DNA from: Camelus dromedarius
Lineage: Eukaryota
Length of the DNA: 64,000 bases
Reading direction: 5' to 3'
Assembly: GCF_036321535.1 (NCBI RefSeq)
Contig: NC_087437.1
Span: 19,594,001 to 19,658,000, forward strand
Of this stretch, positions 48,176 to 60,200 are shown in pieces; the first letter of the stretch is position 1, and the number at the start of each line of letters is the position of its first letter. Position numbers and translations under genes: made by a program. A model generated the notes under the pieces. The model was given only the letters and a program-made list of their open reading frames with translations, did not search any database and had not been told where the DNA came from.

Positions 48176-48934
48176 GAGGTGATCTGCTAGTATTATTACT
48201 ATTTTGGCTGTTTCTAAAGCTGCCACCTTGGAAGAGGCTCACGGCACTGTGGCTGTGCCGGCGATCAGTGTGTGTGGCTGTAAGACCAGGGCCATGAAGA
48301 CCATCACATTCACTGTGGATGAGAACAGCCCCATTGATTCTGGTCTGTGCAACAACCACCGAAGGGTATTAGCTGCTCCTTCTGTTTGCATAGTCATTCT
48401 GAAAGAACTTTCCCAAACACACATTCCTTACTCCAGTTGGTGGATAGGAGAGAACTGATTACCCACATAGGCTTTAAGAGAAAAGATCACTTTGGGGAAG
48501 AATGTCGACATTTATAAGCCATTTGGAAAGCAGCCGCAGGCAGAGAACAGCTAGCTGTAGTCTCTGCCTGCGGTTTGAAGGCGGGCCCTTGGGGAGCGTG
48601 TTCCTTCGACTCATGACCTTCACGGGGTTTGGAAATGGAACACTGGCATCTCGCTGTCCCTGGGCTGGGGTGAAGAGGTGCCGGCTCCAGAGGCTCTGGG
48701 CTTGCTTGTAATTACCAGCTCTCCATGGAGACCGGCCTTTCCCCAGGGACTCATGTAGGTGGAGGCAAACAGCCATACTCTCAAGGGCATTACTTGGGTC
48801 CTGGGTGGGCTGAATCCTTTTTAAAACAATGCCAAGCTTCTGTCCTCAGGACCCCAGTTGCATTGCCATCTCCCAGCCACCAATCTTCAGGCTTATCTAT
48901 AAAATGTTAGTTGTAATGCAAACTCTCAGGGAGC

Positions 48935-49910
48935 CACGGTTCCTGCCATGAAAGAATTTGTAATCTGGTGGGGGAGATGCGCATGCAGATAGTTAATTAC
49001 CGTTCAGAGTGATAAATGCTCTGATAGGGAGCTCGTTAGCAGAGGGGGTGGCTAAAGAGTCCCCAAGGGATCACAGAGAGCCTCTTGGAAGACAAAGTTT
49101 CTGAAGGGTGAGTGGGAATTAACTAAGCGAAGAGAGAGAAAAGGTGTCACGAACGAGAAACAGTACTGCACTTTTCAGGAGGTGGAGAAAGCAGGGTGCA
49201 TTTGGTAACTGAAATTAACTGACTCTAGTTGAAGGACAAGTGCCTGTGGGGGTCTGGAGTGGTGAAGAGGCAAGAGACACACTAGACAGGAAAGCCAGGG
49301 TCGGGGAAGGCATGGCCTGGTGGAACACCGGAAGGGGCTTGGAGTTTATTCTGAAGACAAGAGGGGAGCCACTGAATGAGTTTATGAAGAGGCGAGGTCA
49401 GATTTCCAACAGAGGAAGCTCATTCTGTGGTGTGGAGTGTGGACATGAGATGTGAGGTTGGCCTTAATTAGGGAAGTGACAGTAGCAAATGGTGAGTGAA
49501 GCAGAGGTGTGTTCACAGGTGAGGGAGAAGAAGGAATCAAAAATAAGACCTAGGTTCCTACACAAACTTAGAGCTACCAAAGGGGAAAGTGGGACGGGGG
49601 GAGGGACAAATTAGAAGTATGGGATTAACATATACACACTACTATCTATAAAATAGATAAGCAACAAGGACCTACTGTATAGCACAGGGAACTATATTCA
49701 ATATCCTATAATAATCTATAATGGAAAAGAATCTGAAAAAGAATATATATATGTTATACATATATGTATAACACTTTGCTGTACACCTGAAACTAATACA
49801 GCATTGTAAATTGTGCTTCAATTTTTAAAAATGGTTAAAAAAACAAAAAATAAAATAAAATGAAGACCTAGGTTGTTAGACTAAACTATTGAAAGGCTGG
49901 TGGTACAACA
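48935..49910 (-). mobile_element. L2 fragment interrupted by an L1 3' end
   Basis: ttcctgccatgaaagaatttgtaatctggtgggggaga...ggggagccactgaatgagttt...gaaggaatcaaaaat. Resumes after 49862. Confidence 0.75.
49557..49862 (+). mobile_element. LINE-1 3'UTR fragment, subfamily A
   Basis: taccaaaggggaaag...caacaaggacctactgtatagcacagggaactatattcaatatc...ctttgctgtacacctgaaactaa followed by an A tail. Perfect 12-bp TSD aagacctaggtt (49545-49556 / 49863-49874). Confidence 0.95.
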
Positions 49911-50026
49911 TTCTCATTTTTTTTCCCTTAAACTATAATTCTCTGGTAAAATGGTCTATATATTTTTATACATTTTTGAACATAAGAATTATGTGTCTGA
50001 TAATAATTATATAAAGCATATGTCTG

Positions 50027-50116
50027 GGAGAGCTATGTGCAAACTCTCTGTATTTTCTGCTCAGTTCTGTAGTGAACCTGAAACTTCTCTAAGAGAATAA
50101 AGTCTATTAAAAAATA
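50027..50116 (+). mobile_element. Very short L1MC-like 3' end with TSD, inside an older L1 fragment
   Basis: aactctctgtattttctgctcagttctgtagtgaacctgaaacttctctaa...aataaagtctattaaaaa. TSD ataaagcatatgtctg / ataaagtatatgtttg. Confidence 0.8.
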
Positions 50117-52454
50117 ATAAAGTATATGTTTGATAACTTCAATATCCAGATCACCTGTGTGCTTATTGACATCGACTATTTTTCTTTTGGATTTCACTGG
50201 TTTGGTCTTGTTTCCTGGCATAACTGGTAATTTTTTTTTTATCTAATTCTGGATATTTTATTTAAAAAGTTTTAGAGACTTGAGATGATGTTTTCTTCCT
50301 CCAGAGAAGAATAACTTGTCATAATCATCATCATCTTCTTCTTCCTTCTTTTTGAACCTTTAATGATAAAACATATATCGATATTAAGCTCAAGAAAATG
50401 TGTTTGGCAAGTTTTTGGGTCAAGGGTTAGGGATGCCCATGATAGAGTCAGAAACCAGGATACATATAAACAAAAGTCACACATGGACACAGGATGAAAA
50501 ACTGGTGCCTGGCATGGTTGAGTCTGTTTCCTCATCACCCAGCTGCATGCTGGGAATCCCACCACTGGTGGGGAACAGACACCCAGACCCTGGACATGGC
50601 AGGGTTCCCTCCAACACATCTGCCTCCTGAGGTTTGTGACGCATCTTCCTCAGAAATTTCTTACCACGCTCACACCAGGGATTGGCCCTTGGGGCACCCT
50701 GACCAGCTGCAGGATATTGGCTGTCTCCGGAAGTGCCGCCCACTCCACCTTAGGCATCATATGTGCCACAAAGCCGGGGTTGAACTTCTCAGTGTGGGTC
50801 CAGACCTTGGCGGCCTGGAGGTGCGGGGAGAAGCCTCGGGGCCCCACCCTCTGCAGGTGTGAGCTCAGCAGGTCGAGTGGGAGCAGCTTCATATCACCCC
50901 AACTTCCTCTGGCCAGGCTGGAAGCAGAAAGAGAATAAATCTTCTTGCAAGCAGAGAGGATATGGCAAGAGCATCTTGATTCAGTGGAGGCTTTTCTGTT
51001 TCTGGTTTGTTCTTACTCCTAAGACAGCTTTTCTAGGATCTCAACTGAACCCCTGAGTGTTTACTAGGGCCTTACTCATGGCAGATGCCAAACCCCATTA
51101 TTTGTCTCGCCAGCACCAAGAGGTGACAACATTTCATGCTTAGATTTTAACTGTCTCGGCAATCTCTTTCCACTTGGTTTCTCTGTGTCTCATCCAACAT
51201 GTAGCTTGGAAATCATAAAATGACTCAAGGGGAAACTGAGGTTGAATATCAGCTTTATTTCTCTGTGCTGCTTCTTTCTACAGGATCTTGGGTTCCAAGT
51301 CCTGGTTTGTTTGAAGCTTGAGCTCCAAGTTTTTTCTGTCTAGCCTAGAGAGACTGCTGTATGAGCTAGATCACTGCTTCCCCCCTCCACCCCACCTTTA
51401 TGCTCCATGTCAGAAATTGAGTAAAAAAACTGTAGAATGCAGGGCTTAACACAAAGCATTTCCCCCAAGTCTTGGAAACTGTTTATTCTCTGATGCCATC
51501 AGACAGCTGTTATCTACCTCTTACAGTTTTTCTTAGCCAGAGAATTAGTCTGATACAATCTACTCTAGCTTAATGAGAAGTGTTAAGTCTGGACTTAAAT
51601 TTAATAAATATGTATCCACATAAAACTATATTCAAATTCTTATTTCAATAGGCTATACAAATAAAAATCAAAACAAATTAAGAGATTTAAACCAATTAAA
51701 AATTTGGTTAACAAATTTAACCAATTTGACGAAAAGCAAAACCAGTAACATTAATTATTGTTAATTTAATATAATGAGTGACAGATTAAGATATGTGACT
51801 ACCTCCTAACTTCAGGTTTTTAATTGTGCTACATGACAATTCAGTTCTCCTCTTTTCTCTCTTCCAGCAAATAAAGAACTTAAACTCCAATTTATAGCAC
51901 GTGCTGTGCCATTATTTGGCTTTCACTTCACATAAACCCTATACTTATGCATAGATTCAAATATGTTCTTTTGTCTTCGGCTCTGAGCACTTAGAACAGT
52001 GTTCTTTGGCACTAACACAATGATAGAAATGAACAGATGTAGGCGCTGAAATGGCAGTCCTTGCATCTGGGTGGTCATCTTGATATTTTAAGATCTACTT
52101 ATGTTAATGTTCTTAGATGATCATTCAAAGGAAAACACAAATTTTATAAATTCCCCTTGTTGAGTATTTGAAGACTCTGACTATGACCATAAACTCCAGT
52201 TATTGAAACTGCTCAGCCATGGGTCCCAACTCTCCTACCCTGTTCTTCATAACCTTTTCACACTCACGACTGAGAAATGCATCCGGTCCAGGAGCCCCTC
52301 CCTGAAATCTCCAGGGGCCTTTGCAAGCCCTCTACACCCACGGAAACCCTCCCCATCCCCAGTCCTTGGCCAGCACCTGTCACTCCTCCTCCTTAGGAAT
52401 AAGGAGCAGGGGGCTGAGGCACTGAGTTTCTCTTCCTGAGAAAGCCTGGGATAC

Positions 52455-52686
52455 TTAGGGGTTTAGGATTAACATATACACACTACTATACATAAAAGAG
52501 CTAAAAAAACCAAGGACCTACAGTATGGTTCAGGGAACTATATTCAACATCTTGCAATAACCCATAATGGAAAATAATCTGAAAAGGCATATATATGTAT
52601 CACTGAATCTCTCTGCTGTACACCTGAAACTAACACAACATTGTAAATCAGCTATACTTCAATTTAAAAAAAAGAAAAAAAGCAAA
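52455..52686 (+). mobile_element. LINE-1 3'UTR fragment, subfamily A
   Basis: gattaacatatacacactactata...agggaactatattcaa...gctgtacacctgaaactaacacaacattgtaaatcagctatacttcaat followed by an A tail. TSD approximately gaaagcctgggatac / ggaaacctgggagac. Confidence 0.93.
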
Positions 52687-52796
52687 GGAAACCTGGGAGA
52701 CAGGAATCCCCAGTGAGGTAAGTGTGGCCTCAGTCTTAACCTAGTATTACTAGGTGTGTATTTGTGTGTGTGTGTGTCTGAGTGAGAGAGAGTATG

Positions 52797-53177
52797 TGTT
52801 ATGGGCTCTTTGTCCCTTAAAATTCATATATTGAAGTCCTAACTGCTAGCGCCTCAGAATGTAACTGTATTTGGAGATAGGATCTTTAAAGGGGGTGATT
52901 AAACCAGGTTATTGGAATGGGCCCTGACCCAGTGTGACTGGCTTAATGACCTTATAAGGAGAGATTAGGAGACAGACACACAGAGGGAAGATCATGTGAA
53001 GACTCCGGGAGAAGACGGCCACCTACAAGCCAAGGAGAGAGGCCTCAGAAGAAATATCACTGCCAACATCTTGATCTTGGACTTCTCGCCCCCAGAATTG
53101 TGAAAAAATAAGTTTCTGTTGTTTAAGCCAGCTAGTCCGTGTTACTTTGTCATGGCAGCCCTAGCAACTAAGAGACA
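52797..53177 (+). mobile_element. MLT1B MaLR solo LTR
   Basis: tgttatgggct...aaaattcatatattgaagtcctaac...cctcagaatgtaactgtatttggagatagg...caagccaaggagagaggcctcagaagaaa...atggcagccctagcaactaa. Confidence 0.93.
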
Positions 53178-53629
53178 GAGGAGGGAGGGAAGAGGGGAGA
53201 GAAATGAAATCAAAGAGAAGACAGGCTGGGGGGCTGGAAAGCATGCAGACGTGACCCTGGTGGCTGACGGGTGCAGAGAGCAGAGGGCAAGGCCCGGGTG
53301 CCTCCCAGCCTGGCTGCCTCCCACTCTGTAAGGGTCTGTGCTTTCAGGCCAGACGCTGCCTGGAGATTCGGGCTTTTATTCAGGGATTTATTTCATCACA
53401 GCAGCGAGAGTAGCTGTGACCTTGCCTTTCCTTAGCTCACGATCTCCTGTCTGAGCTGGCTGAGGATGGACTGAATAGACAGAAAGGCAAAACCACAAAC
53501 CCATAACCGAGAATGAGAAGGAGACCAGGAGACCAAGAGAAAACAGAACTGACCCAGATCTAGATGCCATTTTAGAAATCTTAACACTAACACATATCTA
53601 TTAAAGCAAATTTTCTACCGGGTGGCAAT

Positions 53630-53890
53630 CAGTGTGGGATAGTGGAAAAGAGAGTCAGAGAGACCTGAATTTAAATTCAAGCTCTGCCCGTGACTTGTGC
53701 GTAACCTTGGTCAAGACAGTTAAACTCTCTGAACCTGTGTTTTTGACTTTGTAAAATGGAGATACTGACATCTCTTTAATGACATCATTAGAAAATTACA
53801 AGAGAAAAATACGTTTCACAAAAATAGATGTAATGTGAAAATACATTAGCCTGGTGTCTGGCACCGAGTAGGAACTCAGCTATATTACTT
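53630..53890 (+). mobile_element. MIR SINE
   Basis: agtggaaaagagagtcagagagacctgaatttaaattc...gtaaccttggtcaag...tgtaaaatggagata...gtgtctggcaccgagtaggaactcag. Confidence 0.85.
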
Positions 53891-54183
53891 TTCTCCTTTT
53901 CTTGGAGTAGAAATAAAGCCTCTCCTTCCATGATCAAAGCAGCCACTGTAAAGTGTAAACAGAAGATACCTGAGGAAGGCATGGAGCCCTGGGTGGGAGC
54001 ACCACACACTCCAGTGAGCAGATGCAGGGGCCAGTGTGCGGGGAAGCAGGTGGTGGCTAAGGATGTGGGGACACTTCATCATCAGAACAGCCCCCAAAGG
54101 GCTTTGCCGTCCAGCGACGGAGACAGGCCAAGCAGAAATGCCCAGGGTGGGGTATGCCTGGAACTGGAGGGAGGACAGGTGGG

Positions 54184-54223
54184 GGTACCTGGGCAGCAGG
54201 TACCTGGGCAGCTGGTACCTGGG
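54184..54223. repeat. 15-bp tandem repeat x2.7 (ggtacctgggcagc[a/t])
   Basis: ggtacctgggcagca ggtacctgggcagct ggtacctggg read directly. Confidence 0.92.
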
Positions 54224-54654
54224 AGAACAGCCTGGCTGAGGCGCTAAGTTGGGTCCGGGAGGGGCGGGGCATGATTTGGGGGAACAGGTGGTGCTCCAGG
54301 TGTGGTTTCTGAGACCTGCCACCAAGGGAAATGGTACAAGCACGGGAGACAGAAGCAGAGACCGGGCAAAGTCTCCCTCTGTCTTCACTACTGCTCGGCA
54401 TCAGAGAACAGCACACATAAAAATTCACTCCAGGGAAAAACCTATGCAGGCAAAACCAACCCAAGGCTTGACTGTCACAGCAATGCTTTCTGTGGAAGAA
54501 AAAGTGAATAGTCCGTGTGGTACGACAGACCCTGACGTACATCTGTTGTCTTCTTTAAATGCATGTTTTACATTAGTGAAGCTGAGAGGGTAAGGTCACC
54601 TGAACAAAGCCGCAGGTTGTAAAATCTAAAATGGGAAAAGCTCCAACTGACCAA

Positions 54655-54749
54655 TGGGAATGTTGACACTGAAAATTATTTGTCGCTTATCCGAAACTCA
54701 AATTTAACTTGGCGGACTGTAGTTTTATTTGCTAAATCTGGCACCCATA
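54655..54749. mobile_element. MER53 (hAT MITE), one arm only
   Basis: aaaattatttgtcgcttatccgaaactcaaatttaacttggcggactgtagttttatttgctaaatctggcaccc matches one MER53 palindrome arm. Confidence 0.8.
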
Positions 54750-54874
54750 CTAAAGTGACACAATTAATAAGTGTCAGAGGAAGGATTAATACGCAGTCTC
54801 TACAGTGCTGTGAATTATAAATGTGCCAAACATTTTTTTGTAAGGTACAGGAAATATTCTGGGTTTGCTTTTGC

Positions 54875-56600
54875 TTTTGTTTTTATTGAGGTAAGATTGG
54901 TTTACAACCGCGCAGAAGTTTCATGTGTATGATATCATTTTTCTATGTCTGTATATAAGCATTTTTTAAAGAGACATATTTGGCGACTTAATCTTTTCTG
55001 GTTTTTTTGGACTGTTTCTACTTTTTGAGTCAGTTTTGGAAATCTGTATTTTCTTAGAAAATCATCCACATTTTGATTTTTGAAGTAATTATAATGCATT
55101 CTCTTAAAAGTTTTAAAACACTTTTATTGTTTGCAATTTTGTCTTTTTTAATCATTCCTGATAGATTTATTGCCTTTTCTCTTATCAAAGGCACAGCCTC
55201 TCCGTTGTTTTAAACCTTTCCCCAAGAACCAACTTTTTAATTTCATTATTTATGACCATAGAGTTTTCTTTTTGTTTTCTATTTCAATAATTTCTGTTTT
55301 TATTTTTATTATTTCCTTCTATCTCATTTAGTCTTATTCTGGATTCTTTGCATTTTCTTGAATTAGATGTTTGGTTCATTATTTAAATTTTTTCTTGTTT
55401 CCTAACACATAGCATTAAGGCTACATATTTTCTACTAAATATCACTATTTAGCTGATCCCCATAGGTTTTAACATGTAATCTTCTCAATTCTTTTTCTAA
55501 TTAAAATTCCAGTTTTGATTTCTTCTTTCATTGAAGATGATTTAGAAAAGACGTTTCAAAATTTTCAAGTGGATTTTTGTTTGTTTACTTTCAATGGGCT
55601 GAGTTTTTCTGGACATTTTCTAGTTTTAGTTTATGATTTCTAATTGTCATGTAAGGAGCTGAGATTTACTGTGTGTCCTGATATATAATTGAAGTTTTAA
55701 GGTGTTTGAAAAGAATATACATTTTCTATTTATTGAGTGTAAGTTCCATGTCTGTGTGTGTTATTTGTTAATTATTAAAGTCCTTTATATTTGTATTTAT
55801 CTACTGAATTTTGTTAAGTTCTGAGAGCAGTGTATTAAGGTGTATTAGGATTTCTTAATATGATTTTGGACTTGCCTATCTGTTGTATTTCTAGGAGTTA
55901 GTGCTTTATATATTTCAGTTAGGTTATTGGTGCATTAAAGCTTTTGGCTGTTAGAATATCTTTGTGGATTTTACCATTTATCCTTAAAATATACCTATAT
56001 TGTTCTACCATATTTTTAGCCTCAAAATCCACTTTATGTAATATTTCCATCCCTGTTTTCTTGCTGCCCTGTAACCCCTCTTTTCAACCTTTCTCTGCTT
56101 TTTAAGTATATGCCTAAAACATAAAGTTAGAATTCGTTTTTTCACCCAATCTTAGAGTCTTCACTGTTTTTCAAAAACAACTTTATTGAAGTATGATTGA
56201 TACACAAGAAACTGTGCATATTTAAAGTGTACATTTTTACACCCATGAAATAATCACCCCAATGATTGTTTTTAATAACCACTAATAATTTTTTATCATT
56301 ATTTTCAATAGAGACATTAACCACAATGGCCATAACTTTAAAAAGGACATATTTGGCCTTGCTTTACTTATTGTGTACTTTTTGTGCTAGTATATATTAT
56401 TTGTTCCTGTTTTTTCCCCTAACCAATTTTTACTTCATTGATAGTTTTTATTTTTAGTCACTATTTTGGTTCCTGGTGATCTGGATGCTTTTCTAGGGGT
56501 TTATTTTTTAGTGGGTATATATATGTATATTTTGAAGAGTGTATTCAAATCTGTATTCATCAATATACTAACTGTCCCAATTTCCCAAGAGAAGACTTTT
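54875..56600 (-). mobile_element. Old L1M ORF2 region with short nested L1 3'-end fragments
   Basis: T-rich L1 antisense (aagaaccaacttt, ggctacatattttc, gtttgaaaagaatat, ttctgagagcagtgtattaa). L1 tail fragments at ~54880-54955 and ~56180-56265. Confidence 0.8.
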
Positions 56601-57310
56601 TAGTATAGTTTTATCCAATTCAATTCCAGCCACACATCCCACAACAAAATGAAGCTGTTGGTATGGGTTTACTTCGCCATCGTCTCTGTTCCTCCCCTGC
56701 CAACTCCTGGGTTTTGGTGGAATCCTTTGGAATGTTGATTCCCAGATTTTGTTTTTTCATTTTGATAGAATATCCTGTATCTTTCAAACCCTTATCTTGC
56801 AGTTGGCCATCCCCTTGCAGTCATCTATTCTGCTTGAGCCATAGCTGTCACCTGCTCAGTCCTCCTAATTGCTGTCCTCATCTCTTGTCCTTCACTCACT
56901 GATGCTTTGGTACCTGGCTTATCGATCCCCCTTCTCCACTCCTGACATCATTCTGAGGGCTTCATCCACCAGGTTGGTGACCCAACCAAGAGTTTCTGAG
57001 TCCCATGCTCTCCTTTCCAATGGAATTTTCTCAGATGCCACTGCAGTCACTCCATCAGGTGCCCATGCTCCAGACTTTGCCATCACCAATAACCAAATTC
57101 TGCCAGCAATCGTGATGTCATTCCTCCCTTTCATCCGGCCTCCCCAGCTCCCTTGTCTGGTTCTGCTCAGCCTCTCTCCTTCTTGATCTCACCAATCTTT
57201 ACTCTCCATGACCCTCTCATATCTTCCTTCCCTCCTCATCCAGCTTGGGTTCCATGATGCAGCCCCATGCCCCCTGGCAAATCTTTTTCACTCACTTGCC
57301 CTTTACTCCT

Positions 57311-57758
57311 TGTAGTGAGTGGAATAGTAGCCCCCCAAAATGTACACCCACTAGGAATCTTTAAATGTGACCTTATTTGGAAAAAAGGGATTTTGCTGAC
57401 ATAATTAAGGACCTTGAGATGAGATCATTCTGGATTCAGGCAGGTTTTAATCCAATGACAAGTGCTATTTATAAGAGAAGAGGAAACAGACACAGAAATA
57501 CACAGTTAGAAGACAGAGGCAGAAATTGGAGTGATGTTTCTACAAGCCAAAGAAAGCCAAGAATTGCCGAGGATTGCCAGCAGCCACCAGAAACAGGATA
57601 AAGGCGTAGAGTGAATTCTCTTTCAGAGACTCCGGAAGGATCCAACCAACACTGTCACCACCTTAATTTCAGACTTCTAGCCCTTGGAACTGTGAAAGAA
57701 TACATTTCTATTCCCTTAAGCCAACATATTGTTCTGGCAGCCCTAGGAACCTCCTACA
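57311..57758 (+). mobile_element. MLT1C MaLR solo LTR
   Basis: tgtagtgagtggaatagtagcccccc...aatgtgaccttatttggaaa...ttgagatgagatcattctggatt...gattgccagcagccaccagaa...ggcagccctaggaa...taca. Confidence 0.92.
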
Positions 57759-58349
57759 TTCTGCTTAAATATTTGATTGGAAAATCCCTGAATAACTTAA
57801 AACTGACTATCTGCTTATTCCTCACTTGGACCCAGGCAGCTGAAGAATATTGCTGGGAAAAATCTCATCACGTTACTGGGAATCCACATTTGGCAGATTT
57901 TCTTCTACCTCAATGGCACTCTGTCTCAGTCTCCACTGTGACTCCCCCTTGTCAACCAGAACTCTGGGTCCCAGACTCTTCTCTATAAAGACTCTCCCCT
58001 AAGAGAGCCCAGGCTTCAGAAAAATATAGACACTCATGCTTCTCACTGATGCTTTCCCTCAACCTTTACTGCGTGAAATGCCAGATTCACATCCCCCTCG
58101 GATGTCTAGTAGACATCTCAGATTTAACAGGAACAGACAGAACTCTGAATTTCCCATTAGTCCTCAAATTTGCTTTCTATCATCATTGTCCACACCTCAA
58201 TAAGTTACCTCAAACTCACGAATCATCCTTTATTTCTCCTTCTCATATAACTCACATCCAAAATATCAAAGTTACCTCCAAAATTTCTCCTAACAGAATC
58301 ACATGATAGCCCCTCAATTACCTTTTTTTCTAGTTGAAATATAGTTGAT

Positions 58350-58410
58350 AAATATATATATATATATTTATATATATATATAAATATAAATATTTTATAT
58401 ATATATATAA
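58350..58410. repeat. Interrupted (TA)n tract attached to a tiny L1 tail remnant
   Basis: ttttttctagttgaaatatagttgat (L1 3' terminus, antisense) is followed by an interrupted TA repeat. Confidence 0.8.
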
Positions 58411-59429
58411 AACCTCTCAGTTTCTAAAGCTCCACTCCCAGCCACAATGATCTCTCTCCAAGACTTTGGCAATGGCCTCTTGATTGATGAGGAAGGAGCC
58501 CTGCCCCCAGAACCTAGAGTATATGTTTGATTGCGTCACTTCCTACCTGAACTTCTTCCCCTCCTATTCCCATTACACCCCTAGCCCTTCTCATTGTACT
58601 TGGAGAGCAAATTAAACCCTGTTCTATGGTCCCACAAGGTCCTGCCTGCCTGTGATGGTCAGAGCATGCGAGCTCTTGGAACAAACTTACCCAATACTCA
58701 GCAAAGGCTCAAACCATGTAGATGTCTGTTTCTTGCTCATATACCAGCACTGATTGGTAAAATTCAAAGATACTTGTGTCTCTCTTTCAAAGTCACCCTG
58801 GGGGTCATTTTCATTCTAACTGGCTGGAAGGGGAATATAAGCAGGGAGAAGTGCATATGGGTGGTTGTGATAGGGCACAATTGAATATCACCTCTGTTCA
58901 CACTGCAATGGCTGGAAATCTCGTGGTCACACACACTTTCCCAGGAGGTTGAGGAGTTGCCCTAGCAGCATGTCCTGGAATAAAAAGAACCTGGATTTCA
59001 GGGGGTTGGCGGTGGTCTCTGCAATGCTGCCTCCCTGACTTGATCTTCCTCCATGCCTGCCCATGTTCCCCATGCCCAGCCACTCGTTCTTTCTTAATGA
59101 ACAGAACACACTGTGGCTATTTTCTTCACAGAGACTGTTTCTTCTGCTCAGAATGCTCTTCTTCCATAAGTATGCAAGCTTGCCTTCTCCTTACCTGCAT
59201 TTCTCAACTTGAATGCCATCCCCAATTCTGCCACAGCAGCACCAGCATATAAGCATCTTCTGCATCTCCCCACAAGTTCTTCATGACGCTTTGGACAAGA
59301 CTAGCAGCTTCAGGAGAGCAGGGCTCTGTCTTGTTCCCCACTCTATCCTGGAACAAGAGAGAGACTTAATAATTTTTTTTTTTTTTACAAACTCATACTC
59401 TTTGAATATTTCACCTTGAGATTTTTTTC

Positions 59430-60200
59430 CCTAACTTTTAAAAAATTACAGTACTCCCTCAAGTACTTAGAAGTATATTTTGGTGGTGTTCATTATGAGT
59501 TTTCTTAAACTGAAAAAAATCTTTCCCTTCCCTTATGAATATTTTACTGGCTAGTGTAAGATTCTTGGATCACAATGCTTTTCTTGAAAAGCTAAATATA
59601 TATTGTTCCACTGTCTTCTAGTGTCCAAAGTTGCAGATGAGAAATCTATTGTGCTCTGATTCTCTTGCCTTTGAAATCAACCTCTTCACCAGGTTTGGGA
59701 GCCTGTAAGCAAATCTTCATCCTCAGAGGTTAGAAATGTTATTAGATATGTATCTTTTTTTCATTATTTCTTCATTTCTGTTTAAAAACTTATATCTTTT
59801 CCAATTCAGAGTTTTTCTTTTTTCTTTTTTACACGTTTGCTTCTCCTAGGTCTGTCCATTTATCTCCTTCTGAAGCTGCATTTTGAATGTGAGGTCTCCT
59901 GGGTCTATCCTCCACATCTCATGTTCTTTTCACTTTTTTCCTTTGTAACTTCTGCTCTTGTGTAGTAAGATTGTTCTTCTACTGGATGTTTTAGATTTAG
60001 TCAGCTAAATTAGTATTCAGTTTTCATTTGAATCAATCCTAATTTTTAATTCTGCAACTGCATTTTTAAAATTCAGATTTAAAAAAAAATGTACCCAAGC
60101 TCCTTTGTATTTTCCAGTTGCACAGCTTTATGCAGTTTCTCCAAACTTTTCTTTCATTTTTCCTTCTGTTTCTTTCACTGAAGCTCCTCACTGGGAAGAG
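59430..60200 (-). mobile_element. Old L1M (ORF1 region) fragment
   Basis: aagattcttggatcacaatgc...tattgttccactgtcttctagtgtcc...gttgcagatgagaaatct...ctgattct. Confidence 0.7.

Larger units (their letters stand above)
56860..58640 (+). mobile_element. Long L2 remnant including the APE-endonuclease region, interrupted by MLT1C
   Basis: Decayed frames resemble L2 ORF2 endonuclease motifs (PDIILRAS ~ PxIILGDF; GAHAPDFAITNN ~ GHTLDLVITNN). L2 3' signatures at 57960-58640. Confidence 0.7.

Noticed and set aside
54655..54749. MER53-derived miRNA hairpin (miR-1302-type)
   Set aside because: Only one arm of the MER53 palindrome is present, so the long hairpin cannot form.
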